Shown here piece after piece: positions 39,761 to 49,705 of a DNA stretch of 64,000 bases. The notes under the pieces are model-generated. The model did not search any database and was not told the origin of the DNA. It saw only the letters and a program-made list of their open reading frames with translations. Source of the stretch: Aureliella sp. (GTDB taxonomy: Bacteria > Planctomycetota > Planctomycetia > Pirellulales > Pirellulaceae); the NCBI GenBank assembly GCA_963691875.1, contig OY829846.1, positions 4,352,001-4,416,000 of the forward strand. The letters are read 5' to 3'. The position numbers and the translations under genes were made by a program. Positions within the stretch are counted from its first letter, which is position 1, and each line of letters opens with the position of its first letter.

Positions 39761-41410
39761 TTAGTCTTTTCCGTAGTGCTTGACCTGCTCCCAGAACCGA
39801 TCAAAGTTCTTATCCACTGGATGGAAGTCTGGGCTGTTGTCGAGGTCGTGACAACGAATGCATCCAGTCTTGGGGTTGGTCTTCATTTCTTCGATTGTAA
39901 CAACCATTTGCTGCTGAAGTTTCACCAAGGTTTCGTTTTCGACATCGACATCACCATTCTCAGCGTCCACGTGAGCCTTGCCTGGTCCGTGGCAATTCTC
40001 GCAGCCACTGCCGACCAGCAGAGGCGTTGTTTCTGGACTAAGAAACCCTGTTTCGTATGGGTAATGATGCTCAGTATTCCAACCTGTTGCATGGCAGCTC
40101 ACGCACTCTGGGTCATAGTGCCGCGGAATCCCACCGCGATCGTTGTCGGCCGCCACGATGCTTTCCGTCGCATGCACGTGCGGTGAGTTTTCCCAGATCT
40201 CGTAGGCCGTCGTATGGCAATCACCACAGGCTTCTGAGCCTACGTATTGGCCGCGTGTGTTTTTCGAAACGCTGGCTCCAAGCGCGTCAAAGCCCTCATC
40301 CTTGAGCTGCATCTGGTAAGCCGCAAAACGCTCCAGCATGCGTTTTGAATCTTCGAACTGCGACGAGATAGCTATCCGCTGATAACGAATCGGGCTCTTG
40401 GGATCGTCAAACAGTCCAAGGATGCCAGCATACATTCCTTTAACACCGGTTTGCACAAAGATCGTATCGCAGCCTTCGACGGTCTGAGGTTTCATCGTCG
40501 GCTCGCCGTAGCCGGGGTAGATAACGAGATCGATGCCCGTGACTTGCTTCGCTACTTCTTCGGCTTCTTCACGCTGCGACTGTGACAAGAGCACGATGTA
40601 ATCACACTTCTGTTCCTGCAATTCCTGAATCACCGGCAGCAGTGACTCGACCGGATTCTCAATGATTAGCTCATCGCTTTCTTTGAATTCCTTGTGGTAC
40701 TTGGAGCCGAGGATACCAGTGATCCCAATCCTCCGCCCGCCTCGCTCGATGATGCGAAATCTCTGCGAGTAGGAATCGTCGAAGATCGTGACGTTTGCGG
40801 AAACAAACATGCTCGGATTCGACTCTTCGTGTCCAGCAATCTGAAGCAACTCTACAGAAGGCAGCTTCAGATCGTCAGGCCCAAAAGTAATTGCCTCGTA
40901 GCCCATTTCCTTGAGAGCTTCCGCAGTCGTATTGAACTTGATGACTGACTGCCGCGGAATTCGACGGACTTGGTTTCCAGCGTCGATTGGGATTAGGTCC
41001 CAGCCTTTATCACGTAGCTGAGTCATCAAGGTATCGCGGCGAATCAAGCCGCCTTTTTGATTCTCGAGTCCCGTGCACCCGCAAGGTTCTATATAACCAT
41101 GCTGTTCGCCTGAAATAAATAGCACGGTTTGGGGTTTGGGCCAGTCTTTGCCCAGCTCCTGATTTCTCTCTTCCTCGGTTGCGACGTTGGCTGCTGGTGG
41201 GAGCTGGGCAGTAGAATCCAAGGATTCCTTCACCTTATCCTGTGCTGCCGGTTTCGCCGTGTCCTCCTTCGAGGAGGCATCTTGCATCGCATCGGCCTTA
41301 GTGATCGCAGCGGTCTCTTCGGGCGCAGGGCCCTCTTCCGTCGGGTTCTGCTTGCAGCCGACTGCGGCCACCAGTGTGAATACGAAGCCAAGGCCGAGGA
41401 TGAACCTCAT
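39761..41410 (-). CDS. Lipoprotein: 5'-nucleotidase-like domain plus tetraheme c-type cytochrome (c554-like)
   Basis: Lipobox AVGC; GYIEPCGC, GGLIRR, DAGN; CxxCH four times (CGDCH, CVSCH, CENCH, CIRCH). Confidence 0.85.
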   Translation of the reverse strand: MRFILGLGFVFTLVAAVGCKQNPTEEGPAPEETAAITKADAMQDASSKEDTAKPAAQDKVKESLDSTAQLPPAANVATEEERNQELGKDWPKPQTVLFISGEQHGYIEPCGCTGLENQKGGLIRRDTLMTQLRDKGWDLIPIDAGNQVRRIPRQSVIKFNTTAEALKEMGYEAITFGPDDLKLPSVELLQIAGHEESNPSMFVSANVTIFDDSYSQRFRIIERGGRRIGITGILGSKYHKEFKESDELIIENPVESLLPVIQELQEQKCDYIVLLSQSQREEAEEVAKQVTGIDLVIYPGYGEPTMKPQTVEGCDTIFVQTGVKGMYAGILGLFDDPKSPIRYQRIAISSQFEDSKRMLERFAAYQMQLKDEGFDALGASVSKNTRGQYVGSEACGDCHTTAYEIWENSPHVHATESIVAADNDRGGIPRHYDPECVSCHATGWNTEHHYPYETGFLSPETTPLLVGSGCENCHGPGKAHVDAENGDVDVENETLVKLQQQMVVTIEEMKTNPKTGCIRCHDLDNSPDFHPVDKNFDRFWEQVKHYGKD

Positions 41411-41546
41411 GTTAGCAAAACCATTGCTTTCGACTCGCCAAACTGGGTGCGACAAAAGAACTGACTTGGTCACTCGTGCTGTCCTTGTTTTGCTGCAACC
41501 ATTCTGATTCCCTAGGCTAAATGCCTTTGTGCTAGCGAAAGCTTGC

Positions 41547-42755
41547 TTATTTGGAGACGTCTAGTTGCACGTTTATCCTTAGTTCTCGGTTGAGAGCGCC
41601 GCTCGTCTTGATCACGACTTGACCACTGGATTCCGAACTTCGGCCATCGAAATGAGTTTCAGGTGCGTCTTTAGGCACAACGAAATGGAGCGGGTAATGA
41701 ATCCGTTTTGCCGTCTCCGTTGGTCTACCAATCTCGACTCGAAGCGCCTCAGATGGAGAAACGGATAGAACTTCAGGAATGATATCCTTCTTGTTGTCAC
41801 CTTGGATGAAGAGGCTGATAGAGACTTTGCGCCCTTCGCTTTGGCTGATGTTTCCCATCTTTACCAAATTGCGATCTGGAAGAAAGGATGGTCCTCCAGC
41901 AAGTTGAAGAGATCCGATAGCGCGACCTCTTACCGGGATTTCCAGGACTCCAATTTTTTCCTCACGATTGGTACGAAGCTGGATATTTGCGCCGAGGCTT
42001 CCGAGTGGCATGCCAGGTTTGAGCTTGAATTTGATCTCGTAAGCACCAACAGCGTTCTTGTGATCTGGATCGGTGATTTCGGATACATCAATTTGAGAGT
42101 GTGTCAGTTCTACGAGCTTGTCGGTCGAGTCATCGGTCCAGTTCAGTTTCAGCGTGTCGATGTCTTCCGAATACGTATAAACCATCAACTTCCGCTCCGT
42201 GACTTCGGTGTCGGAAATGCTATCCAGCCTTAGGACCCGAGGAACGACCGAGATGACTTCGGTGATTTGTCCGAAAATCGAAAGCTTGATTTCGGGGTTA
42301 TGGACATCGGTAGTCTTGATATTGGCGTATTGGCCAAAGTCACGGGTGACGGATTTCGCACTCCAAGTCAACGTGACATCCGTTTCTTCGCCCGGCTGTA
42401 AAACTGTCTTGTCGAGTTCTCCAACGGTGCATTTGCAACTGGAGTCACCCATTTCGAGCAGCAATGGCGCATCGCCTGCATTGCGAAAACGGAAGTCGTG
42501 ACTCATTTCAGTGCCGTGAAGCATCGAGCCGAAATCGTACTCATCGTCACCGACTACTTCTGCCTTCGGTTGGCCAGTGCCACTAGTCTGCTGCAAAACC
42601 TCCTCTTCCGTCGCTTCCCTCTTACGCATCGCCAACGAGGGGCGATAGGTTGAGAAACGCTCTTCACTCGAGTTGATGGAAAGGGAGGCTTGAACCATCC
42701 CCATCCCAATTCCAAGACCAGCGAACACGCATGCGACGATGATGGATTTCAACAT
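41547..42755 (-). CDS. DUF1573 (Ig-like) domain protein
   Basis: YDFG..HDF.FRNAGDAPL..SSCKCT..LQPGE; N-terminal hydrophobic anchor. Confidence 0.82.
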   Translation of the reverse strand: MLKSIIVACVFAGLGIGMGMVQASLSINSSEERFSTYRPSLAMRKREATEEEVLQQTSGTGQPKAEVVGDDEYDFGSMLHGTEMSHDFRFRNAGDAPLLLEMGDSSCKCTVGELDKTVLQPGEETDVTLTWSAKSVTRDFGQYANIKTTDVHNPEIKLSIFGQITEVISVVPRVLRLDSISDTEVTERKLMVYTYSEDIDTLKLNWTDDSTDKLVELTHSQIDVSEITDPDHKNAVGAYEIKFKLKPGMPLGSLGANIQLRTNREEKIGVLEIPVRGRAIGSLQLAGGPSFLPDRNLVKMGNISQSEGRKVSISLFIQGDNKKDIIPEVLSVSPSEALRVEIGRPTETAKRIHYPLHFVVPKDAPETHFDGRSSESSGQVVIKTSGALNRELRINVQLDVSK

Positions 42756-42889
42756 GGCAAAAAGACTATGAGCTAAAGAGTTGGGAATGGTTTCACAGCA
42801 AAACAGGATAAAGCCAAGAGCATGTTTGCGGCTTTTTAGCTTAGGACATGTGCACACCGAATCGATCGATGCTGCAGAATCTATCGTCC

Positions 42890-45244
42890 TCACTGCTGAG
42901 CACTCAATTTGCTACGGATCCATTCTATCAAAGGTTCTGCATTTACCGTCGGTTGTTCGCCAATCCAGACATCCGCTGGCAAAGCGGGAAACGGAAAGCG
43001 AATCTGTTGGTCGCCCGGAAGCGTGGTTCGGTGTCGGCCCAGTTTTTTGTCTTGGTGAGGCGTGGTCTCGCTGAGTTGAATTGCTCGGTCAAGTTCGGTC
43101 ACGGCCACTGCCAGATCGCCAGTCCATGCAGCGATCGCCGAAAGCTGCACTCGGAGTTCCACACTGGTCGGGTAAGCACGAATAGCGCTTTCCGCGTACT
43201 CTCTGGCTGCTTGAGTAAATCGTTCCTCCGGCTCGGGCAGTTTTAACTCTGCTGCGCGTGCCGCTAAATCCATGGCGATGTGGCAGGCTAATCGCCAATT
43301 TGGATATCCATGAGAATCTTGTGCCAGCCATTCATCTAGAACCTCCATCGCACGTTTGGAAAGCCTGGGGAATTCTCCTTTGCCACCGGCCGTGGCTTGC
43401 ACGGCAAAGATCTGAGCCAGGCGACTCTTGAGCGTATCGTCTAGCGGGTCAAGCGCAGCGGATTGTTCGTAAAGGTTGGTCTGCTCTCTCGCGGAGGTAG
43501 CTACCAGGGCTTGCTGCGATTTGGCCCAAGCGGCATTCACAGGCCGCCAGGCTTGAAGCACAAAAGCTGCTAAAGCCACAGCTGGCAATACAACAATGCC
43601 CCAGGACGTGTTTCCGCCCTGGCTCTGATGACTGGCTGTCGGTGTAGCTGACGCTAGAAGCACCACGAGTGGAATAGCCAAACCGCTGGCTTGCCACGAG
43701 CCGCTTGCCAGCAAGCAAATCAAGACTGCAATCGCGCCAGCTGCGATTTTCTGCGAGCCGTTTTTCAAGGCTTCCTTTAAGAGCGGCCAAGCGGCAAAGA
43801 TCAACCCTGCAGAAATACTCCACAGCAAAAGTGTGATCAGCAGATCTTGCCTCTTCAGTAACGACAAAAGAGCGATGCACACGAACCCGCCGATTGCGGT
43901 ACGGATAAAGAATGTACTCGCAGATGAATCTGAAGGTTTGGACTGTGTGTCTCCGGCTGATTCCGAGTCCGAAATTTTGGTCGCTCTAAGCAAACCTATG
44001 AACCAGCCAGCTAGACCAAGCAACGTGCAGAGCAACAAGGGCACTCCCAGAGTAGCGGCCAGATCAAAAATCCAATTGTGCGGATCTGCGATCTCCTCGC
44101 TCGCAACGGGAAGCTTGTACTGCGGGTAGTAGGACTGGAAGTTACCGAGTCCGACTCCGGTCAACGCATGATCCTGAATCATCGCCGAAGTGCTTTCCCA
44201 GTACTCGAGACGGTAACCCAAGCTTTTCTGGGCTTCCTGGAATACAACGTTGTCATAGAACCAAAGGGTGAGCAGTCCAACAAGAAATAACAGGCCGAAT
44301 ACAACTCCGGCCGCAATTAGCTTTCCGCGACCGATACGCAGGCTGACGGAGGAAGTGAAGCTGAGTAAAAGTAGACTCGCGATGCCAATCGCGACACCGA
44401 CGTAAGCAGTTCGGCTGAGGGTGAGGAACCAACAGATGAGGACGATAACACTGATCGACGCTGTAGCGCCAAGAGCGACCTTTGCGCGTCCAGTGAAGAG
44501 CCAGTCTTTGTGCAACGACATATCCAGTGCGACTCCGCCCAGCAAGACGAGGGCAGCAGAAAGCAGAGTCGCCAGTGAATTCGCCAGTGCGAAAGTCGAA
44601 TTGGGCTCGGAGCTGTACAAGCGGCTTTCTAGCCGAGCTCGTTGCGGCGATCCCTGGGGTGCTACCATGTCAGGAATGGAAGCAATGACTCCGTCTGGAT
44701 CTGCTTCATAGGCGGCGCGTATTTCCGGGAATACAACGGACACTTGATAAAGCCCTTGCAAGGACAAGGCTATCGAGCCTATCAGCAGCAGGCCGACTAT
44801 CGCCGTCCTGGTGTTCAGTTTTCTCGCGAGCATGGCGCTGCAGCAGAGACAGCTCGCAATGGAGGTAACCTGCCAAAATCCATACCATCCACGGCGCGGA
44901 CTGTTTTCGTGAGCGGCTGTGAATGTACTCCAAAGTAAGCAGCCCAAGATCACTAGGCCGAGTCCCCAAGTCCAGCGGCTGCAATGAAATCCTCCTCGAA
45001 ATTTGGCGAGCAGCGCGAAGAGCAGGCCGCTTGTGAGCCAACCCAAGTTCTGAGCCAGAGCTTGACCTTCGAAAACACTGGTCGCATCGACCGGGTCGAG
45101 GAAGGACCAAATGACAAGGGTGGCGAACAGGCCGGTTGCAAGGGATTCCAGATTCAAAAGCCAGGGCATGGTGGCTTGAGAATCAGCATTCTCATCCTGC
45201 TGCGATTCAGTAAGTGGCGTCTTGCTTGTTTTGGACCTGCCCAT
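42890..45244 (-). CDS. O-antigen ligase family membrane protein with C-terminal TPR-like helices
   Basis: Multi-TM; TLSR, RLEYW, GVGLGNF, DPHN. Confidence 0.85.
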   Translation of the reverse strand: MGRSKTSKTPLTESQQDENADSQATMPWLLNLESLATGLFATLVIWSFLDPVDATSVFEGQALAQNLGWLTSGLLFALLAKFRGGFHCSRWTWGLGLVILGCLLWSTFTAAHENSPRRGWYGFWQVTSIASCLCCSAMLARKLNTRTAIVGLLLIGSIALSLQGLYQVSVVFPEIRAAYEADPDGVIASIPDMVAPQGSPQRARLESRLYSSEPNSTFALANSLATLLSAALVLLGGVALDMSLHKDWLFTGRAKVALGATASISVIVLICWFLTLSRTAYVGVAIGIASLLLLSFTSSVSLRIGRGKLIAAGVVFGLLFLVGLLTLWFYDNVVFQEAQKSLGYRLEYWESTSAMIQDHALTGVGLGNFQSYYPQYKLPVASEEIADPHNWIFDLAATLGVPLLLCTLLGLAGWFIGLLRATKISDSESAGDTQSKPSDSSASTFFIRTAIGGFVCIALLSLLKRQDLLITLLLWSISAGLIFAAWPLLKEALKNGSQKIAAGAIAVLICLLASGSWQASGLAIPLVVLLASATPTASHQSQGGNTSWGIVVLPAVALAAFVLQAWRPVNAAWAKSQQALVATSAREQTNLYEQSAALDPLDDTLKSRLAQIFAVQATAGGKGEFPRLSKRAMEVLDEWLAQDSHGYPNWRLACHIAMDLAARAAELKLPEPEERFTQAAREYAESAIRAYPTSVELRVQLSAIAAWTGDLAVAVTELDRAIQLSETTPHQDKKLGRHRTTLPGDQQIRFPFPALPADVWIGEQPTVNAEPLIEWIRSKLSAQQ

Positions 45245-45245
45245 C

Positions 45246-46358
45246 CTATTCGTCCCGGCCGACACTCTCGAGGACGTGAACAAGACCGAGAACCAGCAAA
45301 GTGCCAGCTGTGATGATAATCGCGCCGGCAAAATCAACCCGTGGCAGCAGCAGCGCGCTTAGAGAACAAGTTGCTGTAGCAAGGTAGATCGTCAAAACTG
45401 CCTGCTTCTTTGTCATGCCTAGATCAACGAGGCGATGCGAAAAGTGCCGCTTGTCGGCTTCAAAGGGACTTCGGCCTTCACGCAATCGAATCAGAATCAC
45501 ACTAATCATGTCGTAGAGCGGAATGGCCATCACGATTAGAGGTGCGAGCACGGCGTGCTGCGTTGTGCCTTGATAATTGGTGTAAGTTGCCAGTAACGTC
45601 CCTACTGCAATCCAGAATCCAATGAAATAACTACCTGCATCACCCATAAAGATCTTTGCTGGCGGCCAGTTGTGATAAAGAAAGCCAATCAGTGCACCAA
45701 CCAGAACCAACAGCATGGCCGCGACGAAAATTTGTGGCTGGGAATTGCTCAGCAAAAGCATCAACGCCAGCATGCTTGTCGAGATCGTCGCCACTCCGCC
45801 ACTGAGGCCGTCCATATTGTCCAGCATGTTGAAGGAGTTGATTAGCGCGACAATCCATATCACACTTAGCAATCCTGTGAGCCAGGGAAGTTCGATGAAG
45901 GCGGTGAGTTGTAAGCCTTGCCAGTAGACACAGAAAGCTGCAACGGAAAATTCAACACCCAAGCGAATCCACCACTTGATCCCCTTGCGGTCGTCGGCAA
46001 GCCCGAGCAGCATAAGAATGGTTCCGCAGCCTGCGATCACCCAGATCTCACTAATCTTGTCGACAAGTCCCGCAAAGTTAGCGGAAATACTCTCAGGGAA
46101 GTAAGCGGCAAGCGATTCACTACTGGACACAACAAGAACAGCGATCGTTCCAGCTAGAAGCGAGCCCATGACTCCGGCCCAGATACCTAGCCCACCACCA
46201 AGCGGTATGGGAGTTGTATGAACTTTCCGTGCACCGGGTTTGTCGAGCAACCCGAGCTTTTCAGCCGAGCGTCGTACAATCCCAACTGAAACTACCGAGA
46301 TCAGAAGGCTAGGCAGCAAAACTGCGATCAGGAATACTGCTAAGGCCCAGCCACTCAA
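45246..46358 (-). CDS. WecA/MraY-family polyprenyl-phosphate HexNAc-1-phosphate transferase
   Basis: DKPGARKVH..P.PLGGG, GLADD, NSFNMLDNMDGL, IFMGDAGS, HFSHRL. Confidence 0.9.
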   Translation of the reverse strand: MSGWALAVFLIAVLLPSLLISVVSVGIVRRSAEKLGLLDKPGARKVHTTPIPLGGGLGIWAGVMGSLLAGTIAVLVVSSSESLAAYFPESISANFAGLVDKISEIWVIAGCGTILMLLGLADDRKGIKWWIRLGVEFSVAAFCVYWQGLQLTAFIELPWLTGLLSVIWIVALINSFNMLDNMDGLSGGVATISTSMLALMLLLSNSQPQIFVAAMLLVLVGALIGFLYHNWPPAKIFMGDAGSYFIGFWIAVGTLLATYTNYQGTTQHAVLAPLIVMAIPLYDMISVILIRLREGRSPFEADKRHFSHRLVDLGMTKKQAVLTIYLATATCSLSALLLPRVDFAGAIIITAGTLLVLGLVHVLESVGRDE

Positions 46359-46422
46359 GATTGTTTACTCCATGTGAATTTCATGATGTGGATCCAACGC
46401 CTTGAAATGGGCGTTAGACGAT

Positions 46423-47007
46423 TCACTCGCTTGCAGATTCTCGTATGTCCGCAATTCGGGACTTCAACAGTTCGCGGGCTTCTTCGAAAAACGATTGAAA
46501 GTCGTCGCGTTGGTAGTCCGGGTAGGTCCAAGGTCTCCCGTTCCAGCGGCGATTCAAATAGTACAGGCACTCTTCGGCGTAGATGCCGCCCGATAGGTAA
46601 ATCCGGTGAGCCCTATCTTTGGCGCTGGCCAAAACCAACTTCGTCAGCGTAATGTAGCCCGGATCAATGTTTACGGGGCGGTGGTCGGGATAGTTCGAGG
46701 ATTTGGCTAGGGCGAGTTCCCATTGGTTGCTTTGTAACTTGTGTTCCGCAAGTTTTGCAGGCTCATAGAAGCCGTGCTCACGCCCACAAGCGTCGTTACT
46801 TTGGATAATCACGAATTGCTTTTGCAGTTCCTCGCCCATCTCTCGCGAATAATAACTCGTTTCAGAATGATCGAAGCAGGGGCTGACCAAGGCGAGATCG
46901 CCCCAGTTCTCAGCGATACGCTGTCGCCCCCACTCGATCGCTGCAGGGTAGCGGCTGAACACCGCCACCAACTGCAGCGTCAGCGGAGGTGCCTTGGGCT
47001 CAGCCAT
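46423..47007 (-). CDS. DUF4416 family protein
   Basis: TSYY..EMG, RPVNIDPGY, LVLASAK..HRIYL..GIYAE, WTYPDY. Confidence 0.85.
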   Translation of the reverse strand: MAEPKAPPLTLQLVAVFSRYPAAIEWGRQRIAENWGDLALVSPCFDHSETSYYSREMGEELQKQFVIIQSNDACGREHGFYEPAKLAEHKLQSNQWELALAKSSNYPDHRPVNIDPGYITLTKLVLASAKDRAHRIYLSGGIYAEECLYYLNRRWNGRPWTYPDYQRDDFQSFFEEARELLKSRIADIRESASE

Positions 47008-47011
47008 CAGA

Positions 47012-48529
47012 TCAATAAGCCTTGGCGAACACAGCCTTTTTCGCAGCTGGTTTGCCGGTCAAGAAGCAGGTTCCAGGTTCATCATTATTCTCAAGCGGGA
47101 TATTACGAATCGTAACCTTGAGTTCATTCAGCAGTGGCTGCACTTCTTCCTCAGAGGAGAAATAGCAATGTGCAAAGCCAGCGTGAATCTCAGGGTTCTT
47201 AACATCTTTCGGAGTGAAGTAAGCTCGGAAGTCGGCTTCGTTGGTAATTTCAGTTGTATTTTCCTCACGCATCTTGAGAGCACGCTGGAATAAGTTGTCT
47301 TGGATGCTAGCTAAGATATTTGTTGCTTCGCTGAGCAGCTCCGCTCGAGGTATGCTGCTTTGCTCGCCGGTGTTGCGACGAGCCATGAAAACGGCATCTT
47401 TGGCAATGTCCTTTGGCCCGACTTCGATTCGGATTGGAACACCACGTTTCACGTGATGCCATTTTTTCTCGCCGCCACGCAGGTCACGATCATCGATCTC
47501 GATCTCTAGAACTCGTCCGCCGTAAACTTGCGTTTCAAGCTCGGCTTTCAGATTGTTGCAGTATTTCAGCACTTCGGCGCGTTGTGAGTCGTCGCGATAG
47601 ATCGGCAAGATGACTGCGTGAGCTGGAGCTATCCGAGGCGGAATGACCATGCCGTCGTCGTCGGCGTGTGTCATGATGAGTGCACCGATCAGTCGGGTAC
47701 TGACGCCCCAGGAAGTTGTCCACGCATGAGAGACATTGCCGTCTTGATCTTGGAAGCTAATGTCTTGAGCCTTGGCGAAGTTCTGACCAAGAAAGTGACT
47801 GGTGCCAGCTTGCAAAGCCTTTCGGTCCTGCATCATGGCCTCGATGGAAACCGTCATGTCCGCACCAGGAAATCTTTCGCCAGCGGTTTTTTCGCCTTTG
47901 ATTACTGGTACAGCCATTTGCTCTTCGGCGAACTGAGCGTACACGTCGAGCATCTGATAGGTCTCGTCGACCGCTTCTTGTTCGGTTGCGTGGACAGTGT
48001 GGCCTTCTTGCCATAGGAACTCGGCCGTACGCAGGAACAATCGTGTCCGCATTTCCCAGCGAACGACGTTGGCCCATTGATTGATCTTGATTGGGAGATC
48101 ACGATAGGACTGCACCCACTTGGCGTACATCGCACCAATGATCGTTTCACTGGTTGGTCGCACGATGAGCGGTTCTTCGAGCGGTCCAGCTGGTCGCAAC
48201 CCCGTTCCATCGGGGTTGGGTTCAAGTCGATGGTGTGTGACGACGGCGCACTCTTTTGCAAAACCCTCGACGTGTTCCGCTTCCTTTTCTAGGAAGCTCA
48301 TTGGAATGAACAGCGGGAAGTATGCATTCTGATGCCCCGTGTCTTTGAACATTTTGTCCAGTCCACGCTGCATGTTCTCCCAAAGCGTGTAACCCCAAGG
48401 CTTGATGACCATGCAGCCACGCACGGGTGAATTTTCGGCCAAGTCCGCGTTCTTGATGACCTGTTGATACCACTCTGGGTAATCTTCTTGCCGAGTTGGC
48501 GTGATCGCAGTCTTTGCTTTCTTGTTCAT
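47012..48529 (-). CDS. proS: Proline--tRNA ligase (archaeal/eukaryotic-type)
   Basis: KEAEHVEGFAKE, RPTSET, LRTAEFLWQEGHT, QAGTSHFLGQNF, C-terminal FAKAY. Confidence 0.97.
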   Translation of the reverse strand: MNKKAKTAITPTRQEDYPEWYQQVIKNADLAENSPVRGCMVIKPWGYTLWENMQRGLDKMFKDTGHQNAYFPLFIPMSFLEKEAEHVEGFAKECAVVTHHRLEPNPDGTGLRPAGPLEEPLIVRPTSETIIGAMYAKWVQSYRDLPIKINQWANVVRWEMRTRLFLRTAEFLWQEGHTVHATEQEAVDETYQMLDVYAQFAEEQMAVPVIKGEKTAGERFPGADMTVSIEAMMQDRKALQAGTSHFLGQNFAKAQDISFQDQDGNVSHAWTTSWGVSTRLIGALIMTHADDDGMVIPPRIAPAHAVILPIYRDDSQRAEVLKYCNNLKAELETQVYGGRVLEIEIDDRDLRGGEKKWHHVKRGVPIRIEVGPKDIAKDAVFMARRNTGEQSSIPRAELLSEATNILASIQDNLFQRALKMREENTTEITNEADFRAYFTPKDVKNPEIHAGFAHCYFSSEEEVQPLLNELKVTIRNIPLENNDEPGTCFLTGKPAAKKAVFAKAY

Positions 48530-48755
48530 TCTTTAAAGCCAATCCGAGTTGAAATTATTCTGCTGGCCGAGGATTCTAATTCAAATGCGAGAATCCGTTT
48601 AGGCCAAGTTGTTAGTGCTGGAGGTAGCTATAATCTCCGATCGTGTCGAACGCCTCAGTCACCCACCTTTTCTGCGGGCACGCGGAAGTTGTCGAGCAGT
48701 GAGAGGTGATCTACCTGCCACGATGCCCACCAAACCACAAGCCATGTGAGAACCC

Positions 48756-49688
48756 ATGCTTAGTCACACGCTTTCGAAACTGCTGATTTTCCTGTTGTTG
48801 GTCAGTGCTGCAGCCAATTCGCTTAGAGCTGAAGACTACCTAGTTTTTTACCTGGGCGGGCAGTCGAACATGGATGGCTACGGCTTCGTGAACCAGCTGC
48901 CCGGCGACTATCAATCAGGAGTACCAGCGGTTCGAATTTTTCACGGCAATACATCGCCGGACAAGAAACCGGTCGACGGTCGCGGTGTATGGGCGACGCT
49001 TGAGCCGGGGCATGGAGTGGGATTCAAGTCTGACGGGAAGCAAAACAATCTATCGAAGCGATTTGGTGTCGAACTCAGTTTTGCCAAACTCATCAGTGAA
49101 TCTCTCCCTGGAAAGAAGATCGCCATCATCAAATACTCGCGTGGTGGTACGTCTATTGATCAGCGAGCCGCCGGTGGGTTCGGGTGCTGGGAGCCAGATT
49201 TTGAACAGGGTGATGGCAACGGAAAGGGAGTCAACCAGTACGATCACTTCCTCGCCACAGTCCGTGGCGCCATGGCAAGTCGTGATATTGATGGCGATGG
49301 TGAAGACGACAAATTGATTCCGGCTGGCATTCTCTGGATGCAAGGGGAATCCGACGCAGCACGTAGCATTGAAGTAGCTGATGCTTACGAAGCTAACTTG
49401 AAGCGATTATTGGACCTTATTCGTGCGGCTCTGCACACAGATGATCTGCCGGTTGTTATTGGTCGTATCTCGGATTCAGGAAACGACAAGAAGGATGGTC
49501 GCGTCTGGGACTGGGGCGATCGCGTCCGCAAAGCTCAAGCAGATTTCGTAACCAAAGATGGCTACGCCGCCCTCGTGACCACCACTGATGACTACGGCTA
49601 TAGCGATCCATGGCATTATGACACCGCTGGCTATCTCGATCTCGGTAAACAGTTTGCAGAACAGATGCTTGGTCTGATCAATCGATAG
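48756..49688 (+). CDS. Exported carbohydrate esterase (SASA/DUF303, sialate O-acetylesterase-like)
   Basis: GQSNM, WMQGESD, DPWH; signal peptide. Confidence 0.88.
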   Translation: MLSHTLSKLLIFLLLVSAAANSLRAEDYLVFYLGGQSNMDGYGFVNQLPGDYQSGVPAVRIFHGNTSPDKKPVDGRGVWATLEPGHGVGFKSDGKQNNLSKRFGVELSFAKLISESLPGKKIAIIKYSRGGTSIDQRAAGGFGCWEPDFEQGDGNGKGVNQYDHFLATVRGAMASRDIDGDGEDDKLIPAGILWMQGESDAARSIEVADAYEANLKRLLDLIRAALHTDDLPVVIGRISDSGNDKKDGRVWDWGDRVRKAQADFVTKDGYAALVTTTDDYGYSDPWHYDTAGYLDLGKQFAEQMLGLINR

Positions 49689-49705
49689 TTTCGGTGCTTA
49701 GTGAG

